A program made the position numbers and the translations under genes. Shown piece after piece: positions 46,417 through 56,173 of a stretch of 64,000 nucleotides of DNA. This stretch comes from Actinomycetes bacterium. Its GTDB lineage: Bacteria; Actinomycetota; Acidimicrobiia; Acidimicrobiales; Bog-793. The stretch spans positions 13,659-77,658 of the forward strand of contig JAJZZB010000003.1 of NCBI GenBank assembly GCA_021797795.1, in the 5' to 3' direction. Position 1 is the stretch's first letter, and each line of letters begins with the position of its first letter. Under the pieces are notes generated by a model, which had not been told where the DNA came from, ran no database searches, and saw only the letters and a program-made list of their open reading frames with translations.

Positions 46417-47735
46417 TTCTTCAGCCAAGGCGGAAGCTGGAAGGATCCGGTCGTGTACGGGTCCGGTCCGATGAGGACCTGCTTGCCGTTCTGGATCTGG
46501 AAGGTGAGGTGCGGCATCCCGACCGAGGGGTCCTTGGTGTAATCCGGGTACGGGTAGCAGGTGAGGTAGTCGTCCGGCCAGCTGTAGGCCCCGCAGACGC
46601 CGCGGTAGATCGTGTTCTTCACTATTGCGTTCACCTTGTCGAAGGCGTAGGGGTCGCCCGCCTCGGCCACGGCGTCCGCCCAGATGCGGACGAGGTCGTA
46701 CTGGTCGCCGGCGTTGGAGAAGCCGGGCGAGGCGTTGAACTTCTGCTCGAAGGCGGTGTTGAACCGCTGGGAGATGTAGTCGCCCTCGACGACGCCGACG
46801 ACCGTCGACCAGATGACGCCGTCGGCCGCCGCGCCGGCGAGCTGGAGGTACTGTGGGATCGACGGCGCGTACTGCTGGTAGACGAGCGAAGGGGTCGGCG
46901 ACTGGCGGAACTGCTTGATGAACGACGCCTCGTCGCCGGCCGCGTAGTCGCTGAAGAAGACGATGCCCGGCGGCGTGTTGCGGATCTGGACGAGGGCGGC
47001 CGTCCAGTCGGCCTGGGGGACGGTGAACTCCTGGAACATCGTCGTGTGCCAGCCCTGCCTGGACATCGTCGCCTGGAAGGTCTTCGAGATGTTGAGGCTG
47101 TAGGGGTCGTTGCTCGTCACGATCGCCATCGTCTTGGACGACGGCGTCCAGGTGTTCTTCTTGATGAGGTTGTCGACGAGATAGGCGAAGCCCGGCCCGT
47201 ACCAGGTCTCGGAGGGGTCGCCCTGGAAGATGTTCGTGATGCCGTTGGACTTCACGAAGTCCACGTTCCCGTGCCAGGTGTTGACGTGGAAGGTCGGGAT
47301 CTTGGCCTGGGCGACGATCGGGAACTCGACCGAGCTGTAGGTGCAGAAGGGGGCGAAGACGGCCGCCACGTTCTGGGAGACGAACTTCTGAAAGACGTTC
47401 TTCATGACGTCGGGCTGCTGCTCCTCGGTGTTGAGCACCGACAGCTGCAGGGGCCGGCCGAGCACGCCGCCGGCCGCGTTGATCTCGGCCACCGCCAGCT
47501 GCTGGCCGCGGAGCATCATCTGGCCGTCGCCGGAGTAGGCGCCCGTGACTGGCACGCCGGAGCCGATGACGAGCGGCTGTCCCTTGCCACCCGAGGCGGT
47601 CGCGTCCGAGGCGGTGGTGGAGCTGCCGTGCCCGAAGTAGCCGGCGAGGCCTCCGACGACGAGGCCGCCGGCTCCGGCTGCTCCGACGCCCTGCAGGAAC
47701 TCGCGCCGGCTGAGCGACTTGCGGTTGTTCGGCAT
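46413..47735 (-). CDS. Tat-exported ABC substrate-binding protein (type I periplasmic fold)
   Basis: Twin-arginine signal SLSRREFLQG; LVIGSGVPVTG, EINAAGGVLGRP, YAPSIP. Confidence 0.9.
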   Translation of the reverse strand: MPNNRKSLSRREFLQGVGAAGAGGLVVGGLAGYFGHGSSTTASDATASGGKGQPLVIGSGVPVTGAYSGDGQMMLRGQQLAVAEINAAGGVLGRPLQLSVLNTEEQQPDVMKNVFQKFVSQNVAAVFAPFCTYSSVEFPIVAQAKIPTFHVNTWHGNVDFVKSNGITNIFQGDPSETWYGPGFAYLVDNLIKKNTWTPSSKTMAIVTSNDPYSLNISKTFQATMSRQGWHTTMFQEFTVPQADWTAALVQIRNTPPGIVFFSDYAAGDEASFIKQFRQSPTPSLVYQQYAPSIPQYLQLAGAAADGVIWSTVVGVVEGDYISQRFNTAFEQKFNASPGFSNAGDQYDLVRIWADAVAEAGDPYAFDKVNAIVKNTIYRGVCGAYSWPDDYLTCYPYPDYTKDPSVGMPHLTFQIQNGKQVLIGPDPYTTGSFQLPPWLKK

Positions 47736-47926
47736 CCTCGGCCTCCTCAGGTCTGATCTTCGGTCGGGGGATCGCGAAGTCCGCACACGATCGCAGATGT
47801 CCGGGAGGGCGTCATCGGTCGATTGACGTATTTTCACTTCTTGCGATGGTCAATGATCGAGTAGGGTGCGGACGGCCAGGGGAGAGTCGTTCCGACCCTC
47901 GAAGGGGTGTGGTGCGCCAGACCAGC

Positions 47927-49687
47927 ATGGGCGGATCCGGGCCGCCGGCCCGGGCGATGACCGCCTGCGTCGACCGCAGCGGGAGGATCACCGGGGCGGG
48001 TACAGGCGCGGACGCGACGACCGCTCTCGGTCGGCACCCCGCCCTCGTTGACTACGCCATCGCGCTGCTGGGCGGTGAAGCCACCTCGGCCCGGTTCTTC
48101 TACAAGGGCGAGGGGCGCAGCTTGATCAAGGTGTCGCTCCAGCGGGACGACGACGGCGAGCGGGCCCTCGTCTCCCTCGCCGTCTCGGCGCTCCCCGCCG
48201 GACTCACCGCGAGGGAGCTCGACGTGCTCTCCATCCTCGTCGGGGGGCTCTCCAACCGGCAGATCGCCGAACGGCTCGTCACGAGCGTGCGGACGGTCTC
48301 GACCCATGTCGAGCACATCCTCGCCAAGCTCGGGCAGGAGACCCGTGCCGGCGCGGCCGCCGTCGCGGCCGAGCGAGGCTGGGTCCTGCTCCCCGTCCCG
48401 GGAGGGGTGGCGCTGCCGCCCGACCTCTCCGTCGGCGCCCTGCAGGCCCTCGCCGGCGGCGGCTCGGTAGCCGACACGCCCACGTCCCCCCGGCGCCCGC
48501 CCCGCCGCCGCCGAACCCTCGTCATCGGATCGGCCTTCCCCCTGAGCGGGCCGGCGGCGGCCGACGGGCTCGAGATGCTGAACGGCTCGGCGCTCGCCGT
48601 CGCCGAGCTGAACTCCCGGGGCGGGATCACCGGACGGCGGATCGAGCAGCTCGTCGTCGACGCCGACATCTTCTCGGTCGACGGCGTCCAGCGGGCGCTC
48701 GAGACGCTCGTGGCGGCCGGCGTCGACGCCATCACGTCGGGCTACGTCTTCATAGAGGATCCCGCGAGAGAGGTCGCCGCCGACTACGGCGCTCCCTACC
48801 TGCACTCGATGACCTCTGAGTCACAGGCCCGGATCGTGAGCGACAACCACGAGCTGTACCGCAGCATCTTCCAGGTCTGCCCGACCGAGCGCTACTACGC
48901 GAGCGGCTTCGTCCGGTTCCTCGCCGACCTCGAGGCCTCCGGCAGCTGGACCCCGCACGCCCGCCGACTCGCCTTCCTCGAGACTGCGCTGCCGAGCGGG
49001 CAGATGCTTAACGAGCTCGCCGTCGAGGCGGCCCACCGGGCGGGGTACTGCATCTCGGCCGAGACGGTGGCGCCGCTCGGGGCCGACTGGGGGGCCGTTG
49101 TCGACTCGCTCGAGCGCACCGACCCGGCGGCGGTGATGGTGACGCAGTTCCTCGCGAGCGAGCTCGCCGCCTTCCAGCGGGAGATCGCGAGGCGCGCCCC
49201 TCACGTCCTCGTCTACGGGGTCTACGCCCCCTCCGTACCGGAGTTCCTCGACCTCGCCGGCCCGGCAGCTGAGGGGATGTGCTGGGCGACGGTCACCGGC
49301 ACCTACTCCGACACGATCGGGGCGCAGTTCCGCCAGAGCTACGAGCGGGCCTGGGGCCGGCCGGCCGGGCGCTCCAACGCCGGCATCGCCTACGACGAGA
49401 TCCACCTGCTCGCCCAGGCCTGGTGCACCGTGGCCGAGCCGTCCGACTTCAGGTCGGTCGCCGACCAGCTGCGGCGGGTGCGCTACCGCGGGGTGAACGG
49501 GGCCTACTACCTCGACAACCCCGGGCAGTGCGGCCTCGTCTTCCCCGACGCCACGCCCGACCCCTCGCTCGCCCAGGCCCACCTCGTCTTCCAGATCCAA
49601 GGGGGCGCCCACCGCATCGTCGCCCCGGCGCCCTACGCAGACGCCACGTTCCGCTGGGCTCCGCTGAGCCGCCTCACCGCCGACTGA
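47927..49687 (+). CDS. One-component regulator: N-terminal region + LuxR/GerE HTH + C-terminal substrate-binding-protein domain
   Basis: LTARELDVLSILVGGLSNRQIAERLVTSVRTVSTHVEHILAKLG; then LVIGSAFPLSG, ELNSRGGITGRRIE; no signal peptide; start 47927 or 47957. Confidence 0.85.
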   Translation: MGGSGPPARAMTACVDRSGRITGAGTGADATTALGRHPALVDYAIALLGGEATSARFFYKGEGRSLIKVSLQRDDDGERALVSLAVSALPAGLTARELDVLSILVGGLSNRQIAERLVTSVRTVSTHVEHILAKLGQETRAGAAAVAAERGWVLLPVPGGVALPPDLSVGALQALAGGGSVADTPTSPRRPPRRRRTLVIGSAFPLSGPAAADGLEMLNGSALAVAELNSRGGITGRRIEQLVVDADIFSVDGVQRALETLVAAGVDAITSGYVFIEDPAREVAADYGAPYLHSMTSESQARIVSDNHELYRSIFQVCPTERYYASGFVRFLADLEASGSWTPHARRLAFLETALPSGQMLNELAVEAAHRAGYCISAETVAPLGADWGAVVDSLERTDPAAVMVTQFLASELAAFQREIARRAPHVLVYGVYAPSVPEFLDLAGPAAEGMCWATVTGTYSDTIGAQFRQSYERAWGRPAGRSNAGIAYDEIHLLAQAWCTVAEPSDFRSVADQLRRVRYRGVNGAYYLDNPGQCGLVFPDATPDPSLAQAHLVFQIQGGAHRIVAPAPYADATFRWAPLSRLTAD

Positions 49688-49734
49688 GAGGCCGGCTGCC
49701 CGCGCCCGGAGTCTCCCGGCGCCCGTGGCGTGGC

Positions 49735-51720
49735 CTACAGCTCGCTTCCCGCCACGAGCCCCTCGAGCACCGCCTCCTCGACGCTGCGGGGCGTCTGGCA
49801 GTCGCCGACGGCCACGGCCGGGACCGACCTCCGGGCGAGCTCGTCGAACAGCTCGCCCGCCGCTTCGTGCCCGCAGGCCAGCACGACGCCCGAGACCTTC
49901 TCCACGATGACCGGGTCGTCGGTGAGGACGTGCTGGAGGTACACGGCCTCGTCGTCGGCACCAAAGGGGCGGACGAGCGGGACCACCTCGATCTTCTGGC
50001 GGGCGAGGGCCGCCAGCTGGCGGTCCCGGACGTACTGCTGCAGCCCCTCGCCGGGGAAGTAGCCCCGGACGGCGAGCGTCACCCGCCGCCCGGCGGCCGC
50101 CAGCAGCCGGGCGGCGCCGAGGCCGACCCAGTCTCCCCGCCAGTCGACCACGACGATCCGCCCCGGCGGGGCCGAGGCAGGGTCCCTCACGATCTGCCAG
50201 GCGTCGGCGACGAAGGGCTCCCCCATCACCTCGAAGGGCGGCCGGTAGGGACGGGCGCCGGTGGCCACGACGACGACGTCGGCCGAGGCGGCCGCACAGG
50301 CCTCCGCGTCCATCTCGGTGTCGAAGCTGACCCTCACGCCGGCTCGGCGCACCTCGCGGTAGAGGTTGTCGACCGCCCCGCCGAACTCCTCCCGCCCCGG
50401 CAGGCGCTCGGCCAGCAGCACCTGGCCCCCGGGCCGGCCGGCAGCCTCGACGAGGTGGACCCGGTGGCCCCGATCGGCCGCCACGGCGGCCGCCTTCATG
50501 CCCGCCGGGCCGGCGCCGACGACGAGGATGTCCCGTGGCCTCACCGTCGGGATGCGGCGCCCGTAACGCCGCTCGCGGCCGGTCTCGGGGTGCTGGATGC
50601 ACGAGATGGGGTACCCGGCGTGGAAGTGGCCGATGCAGGCCTGGTTGCAGGCGATGCAGGCGCGGATCTCCTCGCTTCGCGCCGCGCGGGCGAGGGCCGG
50701 CAGCTCCGGGTCGCAGATGAGCGCCCGGGTCATGATGCAGGCGTCGGCCTGGGCGGCCTCGAGGACACGCTCGGCCTCCTGGGGCTGGTTGATCCGCCCG
50801 GCGACGAAGACGGGGACGTCGACGACGGCCTTCACCGCGGCGGCGGCGGGCGCCACGTAGGCGTTCGCCGAGCTCATCTCCGGGACGATGTGGTCCGAGC
50901 CCGCCAGAGTGGCCGAGGTCCCGGTCGTGACGCTCACGTAGTCGACGAGGCCGGCCCGGGCGAGGGACGAGAGCGCCTCGAGCGCGACCTCGCCCGGCAG
51001 GCCGTTCGGCTCCCGCTCGTCGAGCGAGATGCGGATGCCGACGGCTGCCCCCGGCCCGGCGGACGCACGCACCGTCTCGAGCACCTCGAGGAGGAACCGG
51101 AGCCGCCCCTCCGGCGAGCCCCCGTAGGCGTCGCGGCGCTGGTTCACGGCCGGGTTGAGGAACTGCGCCGGCAGGTAGCCGTGGCTGGCCACCACCTCGA
51201 CGCCGTCGAGCCCGGCGGCGACGAGCCGGCGGGCGGCGGACCCGTACCCCTCGACGATCTCGGCGATCTCCCCGGTGCGCAGCGCCCGTGGCATGACCCT
51301 GAAGCGCTCGTTCGGCACCGCCGAGGGCGCGAGCGCCACCGGCGCGCTGCCGTCGGTCGACTCCATGACCTCACGCCCGGGATGGAAGAGCTGGCCGAAC
51401 AGGGCGGTGCCGTGCGGTTTCACGGCCTCGGCCAGGCGGCGGTAGCCCTCGATGCAGGAGTCGTCGACCGCCATGAGGACGTGGCTCGTGTAGCGGGCGC
51501 TCTCGTGCACGCCGGCCACCTGGACGACGATCAGGCCGACCCCGCCGCGCGCCCGCGCCTCGTGGTAGGCGACGAGCTGGTCGGTGACCTTGCCGTGGTC
51601 CACCATGACGGTGTCGTGGCCGGAGGAGATGATCCGGTTGGCCAAGGCGACCGGCCCCACCACGAGCGGGCTGAACAGGCGGGAAAAGCTCGGTCCTGGA
51701 GCAGGCTGGCCGGCGCTCAC
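49735..51720 (-). CDS. OYE-family NADH:flavin oxidoreductase with Fe-S and FAD/NAD domains (2,4-dienoyl-CoA reductase/DgcA/HpbA architecture)
   Basis: ARARGGVGLI, QLFHPGR, SHGYL, CIACNQACIG..ISC, GAGPAG, AVGDCQTPR. Confidence 0.88.
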   Translation of the reverse strand: MSAGQPAPGPSFSRLFSPLVVGPVALANRIISSGHDTVMVDHGKVTDQLVAYHEARARGGVGLIVVQVAGVHESARYTSHVLMAVDDSCIEGYRRLAEAVKPHGTALFGQLFHPGREVMESTDGSAPVALAPSAVPNERFRVMPRALRTGEIAEIVEGYGSAARRLVAAGLDGVEVVASHGYLPAQFLNPAVNQRRDAYGGSPEGRLRFLLEVLETVRASAGPGAAVGIRISLDEREPNGLPGEVALEALSSLARAGLVDYVSVTTGTSATLAGSDHIVPEMSSANAYVAPAAAAVKAVVDVPVFVAGRINQPQEAERVLEAAQADACIMTRALICDPELPALARAARSEEIRACIACNQACIGHFHAGYPISCIQHPETGRERRYGRRIPTVRPRDILVVGAGPAGMKAAAVAADRGHRVHLVEAAGRPGGQVLLAERLPGREEFGGAVDNLYREVRRAGVRVSFDTEMDAEACAAASADVVVVATGARPYRPPFEVMGEPFVADAWQIVRDPASAPPGRIVVVDWRGDWVGLGAARLLAAAGRRVTLAVRGYFPGEGLQQYVRDRQLAALARQKIEVVPLVRPFGADDEAVYLQHVLTDDPVIVEKVSGVVLACGHEAAGELFDELARRSVPAVAVGDCQTPRSVEEAVLEGLVAGSEL

Positions 51721-51770
51721 CACCGGCTCCTCGTCCTCAAGGTGCCCACCTGTCGGCGGCCCAGCGCCGC

Positions 51771-53432
51771 TCACAGGAAGTACAGCCGGGAGAGGCTGAC
51801 ACGCTCTGCGGGAGGAGCGGAGACCACCTCTCCGTCGAGGCGGACCGTGCCGCTCCCGGGGTCGACGGTCACCTCGCCGGTCCGCGAGTTCCGGACCATC
51901 TCGGCCGGGCCGATTCCCCTCGTCCCGCTGACCGCCACCTTGCGCCGGGCCGTCGGCAGCCGGCCGGCCGAGCCGGCGAGGCCGGCAGCCGAGACGAAGG
52001 CGAGCGAGAGCTCGGCCGCCGCCGCCCCGTGACCTCCGAACTGGGGGCCGTAGACGAGCGGCTCGGCCCGGTCGACCGAGGCGTTCGGGTCGCCCGTCAG
52101 ACCCCAGGCGGGGAGGCCGGCCTTCAGCACGAGCGCCGGCTTGGCGCCAAAAGAGCTCGGCCGCCAGAGCACGACGTCCGCCAGCCGGCCGGGCTGGAGC
52201 GACCCGACCTCGCCGGACAGGCCGTGGGCGACGGCCGGGTTGATCGTGAGCTTGGCGAGGTAGCGGAGCACCCGTAAGTTGTCGTGCCCGGCCCCGTCGC
52301 CGCCGCGCAGCTCCTTCATCCGGGCCGCGAGGGCGAATGTGCGCCACACCGTCTCGCCCGCCCGGCCCATGCCCTGGGCGTCCGACGACGTGATCGGGAT
52401 GACCCCGAGGTCGTGCAGGACGCCCTCGGCACCCATCGTCCCTGCCCGGATGCGGTCGGCCGCCCGCAGGCGGTCTCCGTCGAGGTCGGGACGCAGGCCG
52501 TGGCAGGCGATGACCATGTCGAGCTGCTCGGACAGGGCGTCCCGGCCGAAGGGCAGCGAGGGGTTGGTGGACGAGGTGATGAGGCCCGGCCGCCCCGCCA
52601 GCGAGAGGACGTCGGGGACGTGCCCGCCACCGCAGCCCTCGACGTGGAAGGCGTGCACCGTCCGCCCGCCGATCACCGAGACGGTGTCCGCCACGCACAT
52701 CGTCTCGTTCAACCCGTCGGTGTGGAGGGCGACCTGGACGTCGTGCGCCTCGGCCACCTCGAGCGCCGTGTCGATCGAGCGCGGGTGGGCGCCGAGGTCC
52801 TCGTGGACCTTGAAGCCGCAGGCTCCGCCGTCGAGCGCCTCGTACAGCGGGTCGGGCCGCGAGGACGAGCCCCGGCCGAGGAAGCCGACGTTCACCGGCC
52901 AGGCGTCGAAGGCGGCGAAGGCCGCCCGCAGGATCCGGGGTGAGTTCACCCCGACGCCCCACACCGGTCCGAGCTCCTGGCCGATGACGGTGGTCACCCC
53001 TGAGGAGAGGGAGGCTTCGAGGATCCGGGGCGAGAGCAGGTGGACGTGGGTGTCGACCGCTCCCGCCGTCGCGATGAGGCCCTCGCCGGGGACGATCGTC
53101 GTCCCCGTCCCGACGACGATCTCGACGCCGTCCATCGTGTCCGGGTTCCCCGCTCTGCCGACTCCGGCGATCCGCCCGTCCCTGATGCCGATCGAAGCCG
53201 ACCGGATGCCGAGGACGGCGTCGAGTACGAGGGCGTTCGTCACGACGACATCGCAGGTGGTGGCCACGGAGGCGGCCTTCAGGTGCATGCCGTCGCGGCC
53301 GGTGCGACCGAAGCCGACGAGCAGCTCGTCGCCGGGCGCCTTCGAGTCCGCCTCCACCTCGACGACGAGGCCGGTGTCCCCGAGACGGACCCGGTCGCCC
53401 GCCCGGGGACCGTAGAGGTCGGCCAGGCTCAC
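51771..53432 (-). CDS. ureC: Urease alpha subunit, divergent (Streptomyces UreC2-like)
   Basis: [75 protein letters not shown]. Confidence 0.88.
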   Translation of the reverse strand: MSLADLYGPRAGDRVRLGDTGLVVEVEADSKAPGDELLVGFGRTGRDGMHLKAASVATTCDVVVTNALVLDAVLGIRSASIGIRDGRIAGVGRAGNPDTMDGVEIVVGTGTTIVPGEGLIATAGAVDTHVHLLSPRILEASLSSGVTTVIGQELGPVWGVGVNSPRILRAAFAAFDAWPVNVGFLGRGSSSRPDPLYEALDGGACGFKVHEDLGAHPRSIDTALEVAEAHDVQVALHTDGLNETMCVADTVSVIGGRTVHAFHVEGCGGGHVPDVLSLAGRPGLITSSTNPSLPFGRDALSEQLDMVIACHGLRPDLDGDRLRAADRIRAGTMGAEGVLHDLGVIPITSSDAQGMGRAGETVWRTFALAARMKELRGGDGAGHDNLRVLRYLAKLTINPAVAHGLSGEVGSLQPGRLADVVLWRPSSFGAKPALVLKAGLPAWGLTGDPNASVDRAEPLVYGPQFGGHGAAAAELSLAFVSAAGLAGSAGRLPTARRKVAVSGTRGIGPAEMVRNSRTGEVTVDPGSGTVRLDGEVVSAPPAERVSLSRLYFL

Positions 53433-54112
53433 GGCTCTGCCACCGAGTCGAGGTAGCCGCAAGCCCTGGCAGTGGCGAGCGCCCGCTCGAGCGCGCCCGG
53501 CTCGTCGAGCGGGCCGTCGACGAGGCCGGCGAAGCCGACCACCACGCGACCGCCGGCGATCGGGACGAGACCGACCTCGCGCTCCTCCCCCGGGGCGAAG
53601 CGGACGGCGTCCCCGGCGGGCACGGCGAGGTGCATCCCGAAGGCTGCCGCCCGGTCGAAGCGAAGGCGCGGGTTCACCTCGAAGAAGTGGAAGTGCGACG
53701 TGACGCTGATCGGGACCGGGGCGGTGTTGAGCACCCGCACGTGGCGCTCGGCGAGGGGCCGGAACCCCTCGCTCCTCCGCTCGACCGCCCCCGGACCCGC
53801 GGGGGCCGGCGCCCCGAAGGGCCGCGGCACGACCGCGAGGCGCGTGCCGTCGTCGAAGACAGCCTCCACCTGCACCTCGGGAACGATCTCGGCCACGCCC
53901 GCAAGGACCTCGTCGGCCCGCAGGCACCGCCGGCCGGCCTCGATGGCCTCGGCGAGCCGGGCCCCGTCCCGGGCGGCCTCGATGACGGCGGAGGCGACGA
54001 GGGCGGTGGCCTCGGGGGCGTTCAGGGCGAGCCCACGCTGGCGCCGCCCGCTCGCGACGGCGGCGGCCGAGGCGATGAGAAGCCGGTCCCGCTCTGCTGG
54101 CGTGAGCTGCAC
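53429..54112 (-). CDS. ureAB: Fused urease gamma/beta subunit
   Basis: [32 protein letters not shown]; [33 protein letters not shown]; GGAGG RBS before GTG. Confidence 0.9.
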   Translation of the reverse strand: MQLTPAERDRLLIASAAAVASGRRQRGLALNAPEATALVASAVIEAARDGARLAEAIEAGRRCLRADEVLAGVAEIVPEVQVEAVFDDGTRLAVVPRPFGAPAPAGPGAVERRSEGFRPLAERHVRVLNTAPVPISVTSHFHFFEVNPRLRFDRAAAFGMHLAVPAGDAVRFAPGEEREVGLVPIAGGRVVVGFAGLVDGPLDEPGALERALATARACGYLDSVAEP

Positions 54113-54134
54113 GATCCTCCCCGACCCCATGCCG

Positions 54135-54147
54135 TGACGTTTTGGCA
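54135..54147. promoter_or_regulatory. Candidate LacI-family operator (TGACGTTTTGGCA) between ureAB and the LacI gene
   Basis: CG-centred with an A/T tract, resembling LacI/GalR half-sites; only one half is convincing. Confidence 0.35.
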
Positions 54148-54176
54148 GCGGCCCCGCCGACGGTAACATTGCCGCC

Positions 54177-55211
54177 GTGGCGGGACAAGCGGCGAGCCGG
54201 TCCTCGGCCACCCCACGCCGCCGCCCGACGATCCGCGACGTCGCCCGCCTGAGCGGCGTCTCGCCGACGACCGTCTCCCATGCCCTCTCGGGCCACGGGC
54301 GGGTGGCGGCCGGCACGCGGCGTCGGGTCGAGCAGGCCGCCTCCCGGCTCGCCTATCGTGCCAACCCGGCGGCCCGGCACCTGCGGGAGGGCCGCACCGG
54401 GACGATCGGCCTCGCGCTCCCTCCGGGCGCAGGAGCCCTCTCGTACTACCTCGACCTCGCCCTCGGCGCTGCCCGGAGGGCACTGGGCGCCGGGCTCGCC
54501 CTCACCCTGCTTCCGGATCTCAGCCGGCCCTCGGAGGTGGCCGCCTTCGGCCTCGACGGCGTCGCCGTCGTCGACCCGGGCCGGGAGGACCCCCTCGTGA
54601 CCGAGCTCGCCCGCCTCGGCGTCCCGGTCGTGACGGGCGAGCGGCAGCTGACCGCCGGCACGGGGGCCGGACCTGCCGTCGAGACCGACCACAGGGAGGC
54701 CCTGAGGGAGCTGCTCGACCACCTCCTCGCCTCGGGCGCGAGGACGGTCGCCCTCGTCTCGCCGCCTCCGGACGTCGCCTTCGTCGCCGACACCCTGGCC
54801 GGCTACGAGGCATGGTGCCGCCGGAACGGGATCGCCCCCCTCGTCGCCGAGGTCCCCTTCATCGGCCAGCCCGACCAGGCCGAGGGAGCCGTCGGCGCGC
54901 TGCTCGGATCCTCCTCGCCGCCCGACGCCGTCGTCGGGGTCCCCGAGCACAGCGCCCTCGGCGTGGCGGCGGTCGCCTCCCGCCTCGGCCTCACCGTTCC
55001 CTCCGACCTGCTCGTCGCCTCCTGCGTCGACAGCCCGGCACACGCCATGGCGTGGCCGCCGATCACGGCGCTCGACCTTCGGCCCGACCTCGCCGGCGCC
55101 CGCCTCGTGGACGCGCTGGCGGCCCTCCTCGCCGGCGAGCCGGCCAGCGCCGAGCCGGTGGAGGCACGTCTCGTCGTGCGCGCCTCGACCCTGCGCCCGC
55201 CGACTGGTTAG
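54177..55211 (+). CDS. LacI-family transcriptional regulator
   Basis: [36 protein letters not shown]; TAACAT 7 nt before GTG (leaderless type). Confidence 0.93.
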   Translation: MAGQAASRSSATPRRRPTIRDVARLSGVSPTTVSHALSGHGRVAAGTRRRVEQAASRLAYRANPAARHLREGRTGTIGLALPPGAGALSYYLDLALGAARRALGAGLALTLLPDLSRPSEVAAFGLDGVAVVDPGREDPLVTELARLGVPVVTGERQLTAGTGAGPAVETDHREALRELLDHLLASGARTVALVSPPPDVAFVADTLAGYEAWCRRNGIAPLVAEVPFIGQPDQAEGAVGALLGSSSPPDAVVGVPEHSALGVAAVASRLGLTVPSDLLVASCVDSPAHAMAWPPITALDLRPDLAGARLVDALAALLAGEPASAEPVEARLVVRASTLRPPTG

Positions 55212-56173
55212 AAGCCGGCGGGCTGGGCCTCCCCGGCCCGGGCGGGGAGCATCATGAGCCGGACGTGGGTCCCGCCCGGGTCGCTCGCGATCTCGAGGGC
55301 GTCGCAGGTCTGCCGGGCGATCCACAGCCCGCGGCCTCGGAGCGCGTACTCGGGGGGCGGCAGGTAGGCCGCAAGCGGGTCGAGGCCGTGCCCGGCGTCG
55401 CGTACGTGGCAGACGAGGACGTCCCCCTCGCAGTAGACGTGGAGCGCCCGGGGCGCCCGTCCGTGGACGAGGGCGTTCGTGAGCACCTCGTCGGCAGCAA
55501 GGACGAGGTCGCTCGCGTCCTCCGGCGGCAGGCGGGCCGAGGCGGCCTCGGATCGAAGCAGCGCTCTTGCCCGGGCCAGGTCCTCGGCCGCCTCGATCTC
55601 GAGGGAGGCAGCGTCGGAGGGGGGTGCCACGATGGCCGAGCTCGCCATGATGAACTCGGCCGGAGGGCGGTACTCCGAGCTCTCCTGCACCGCCCCGCCC
55701 CGGAGGGTCTCGGGATGGGTGCTCCGGCAGGCCGAGATCACCTCGACGGGCGCCACCGAGGCGTCGTAGGCGCACAGGATCGAGATGGGAAGTCCCCCGT
55801 AGGCCACGTTGGCCGCCGCCTCCATGCAGAGGTAGTCCCTCACCACATGCGACGGCCTCACCGACAGGTCCTCCTCGGTCACCACCCGGAGGGGGCCGCC
55901 CGAGAGCGCCCCCTCCCCGAGCCGCTCGATGAGCGAGCGGGCGACCCGCCCACGGCGGGCGACCGTCTCGGCCGCATCGAGGAAGTCGACACCCGAGGCG
56001 GCCGCCCCGAGGTCCTCGTGCAGCCATCCGATCTTGCGCCGGTCGGCCATGACCACGGTGCGCTCCTCGTTCGTGAGGCCGCTGCGGAGGAAGTCCCCGA
56101 TGCCCGAGACGTACTCGGTCGGCTGCTCGTAGATGAGAGCCCGGTGCGAGCCCGGCGAGGCCACCGGGGTCAC
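55208..56173 (-). CDS. MEDS sensor domain + RsbW-type anti-sigma/ATPase domain (PrsR-like)
   Basis: HRALIYE..EY..FLRSGL; DEVLTNALVH, VRDAGHG, GRGLWIARQ. Confidence 0.85.
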   Translation of the reverse strand: MTPVASPGSHRALIYEQPTEYVSGIGDFLRSGLTNEERTVVMADRRKIGWLHEDLGAAASGVDFLDAAETVARRGRVARSLIERLGEGALSGGPLRVVTEEDLSVRPSHVVRDYLCMEAAANVAYGGLPISILCAYDASVAPVEVISACRSTHPETLRGGAVQESSEYRPPAEFIMASSAIVAPPSDAASLEIEAAEDLARARALLRSEAASARLPPEDASDLVLAADEVLTNALVHGRAPRALHVYCEGDVLVCHVRDAGHGLDPLAAYLPPPEYALRGRGLWIARQTCDALEIASDPGGTHVRLMMLPARAGEAQPAGF

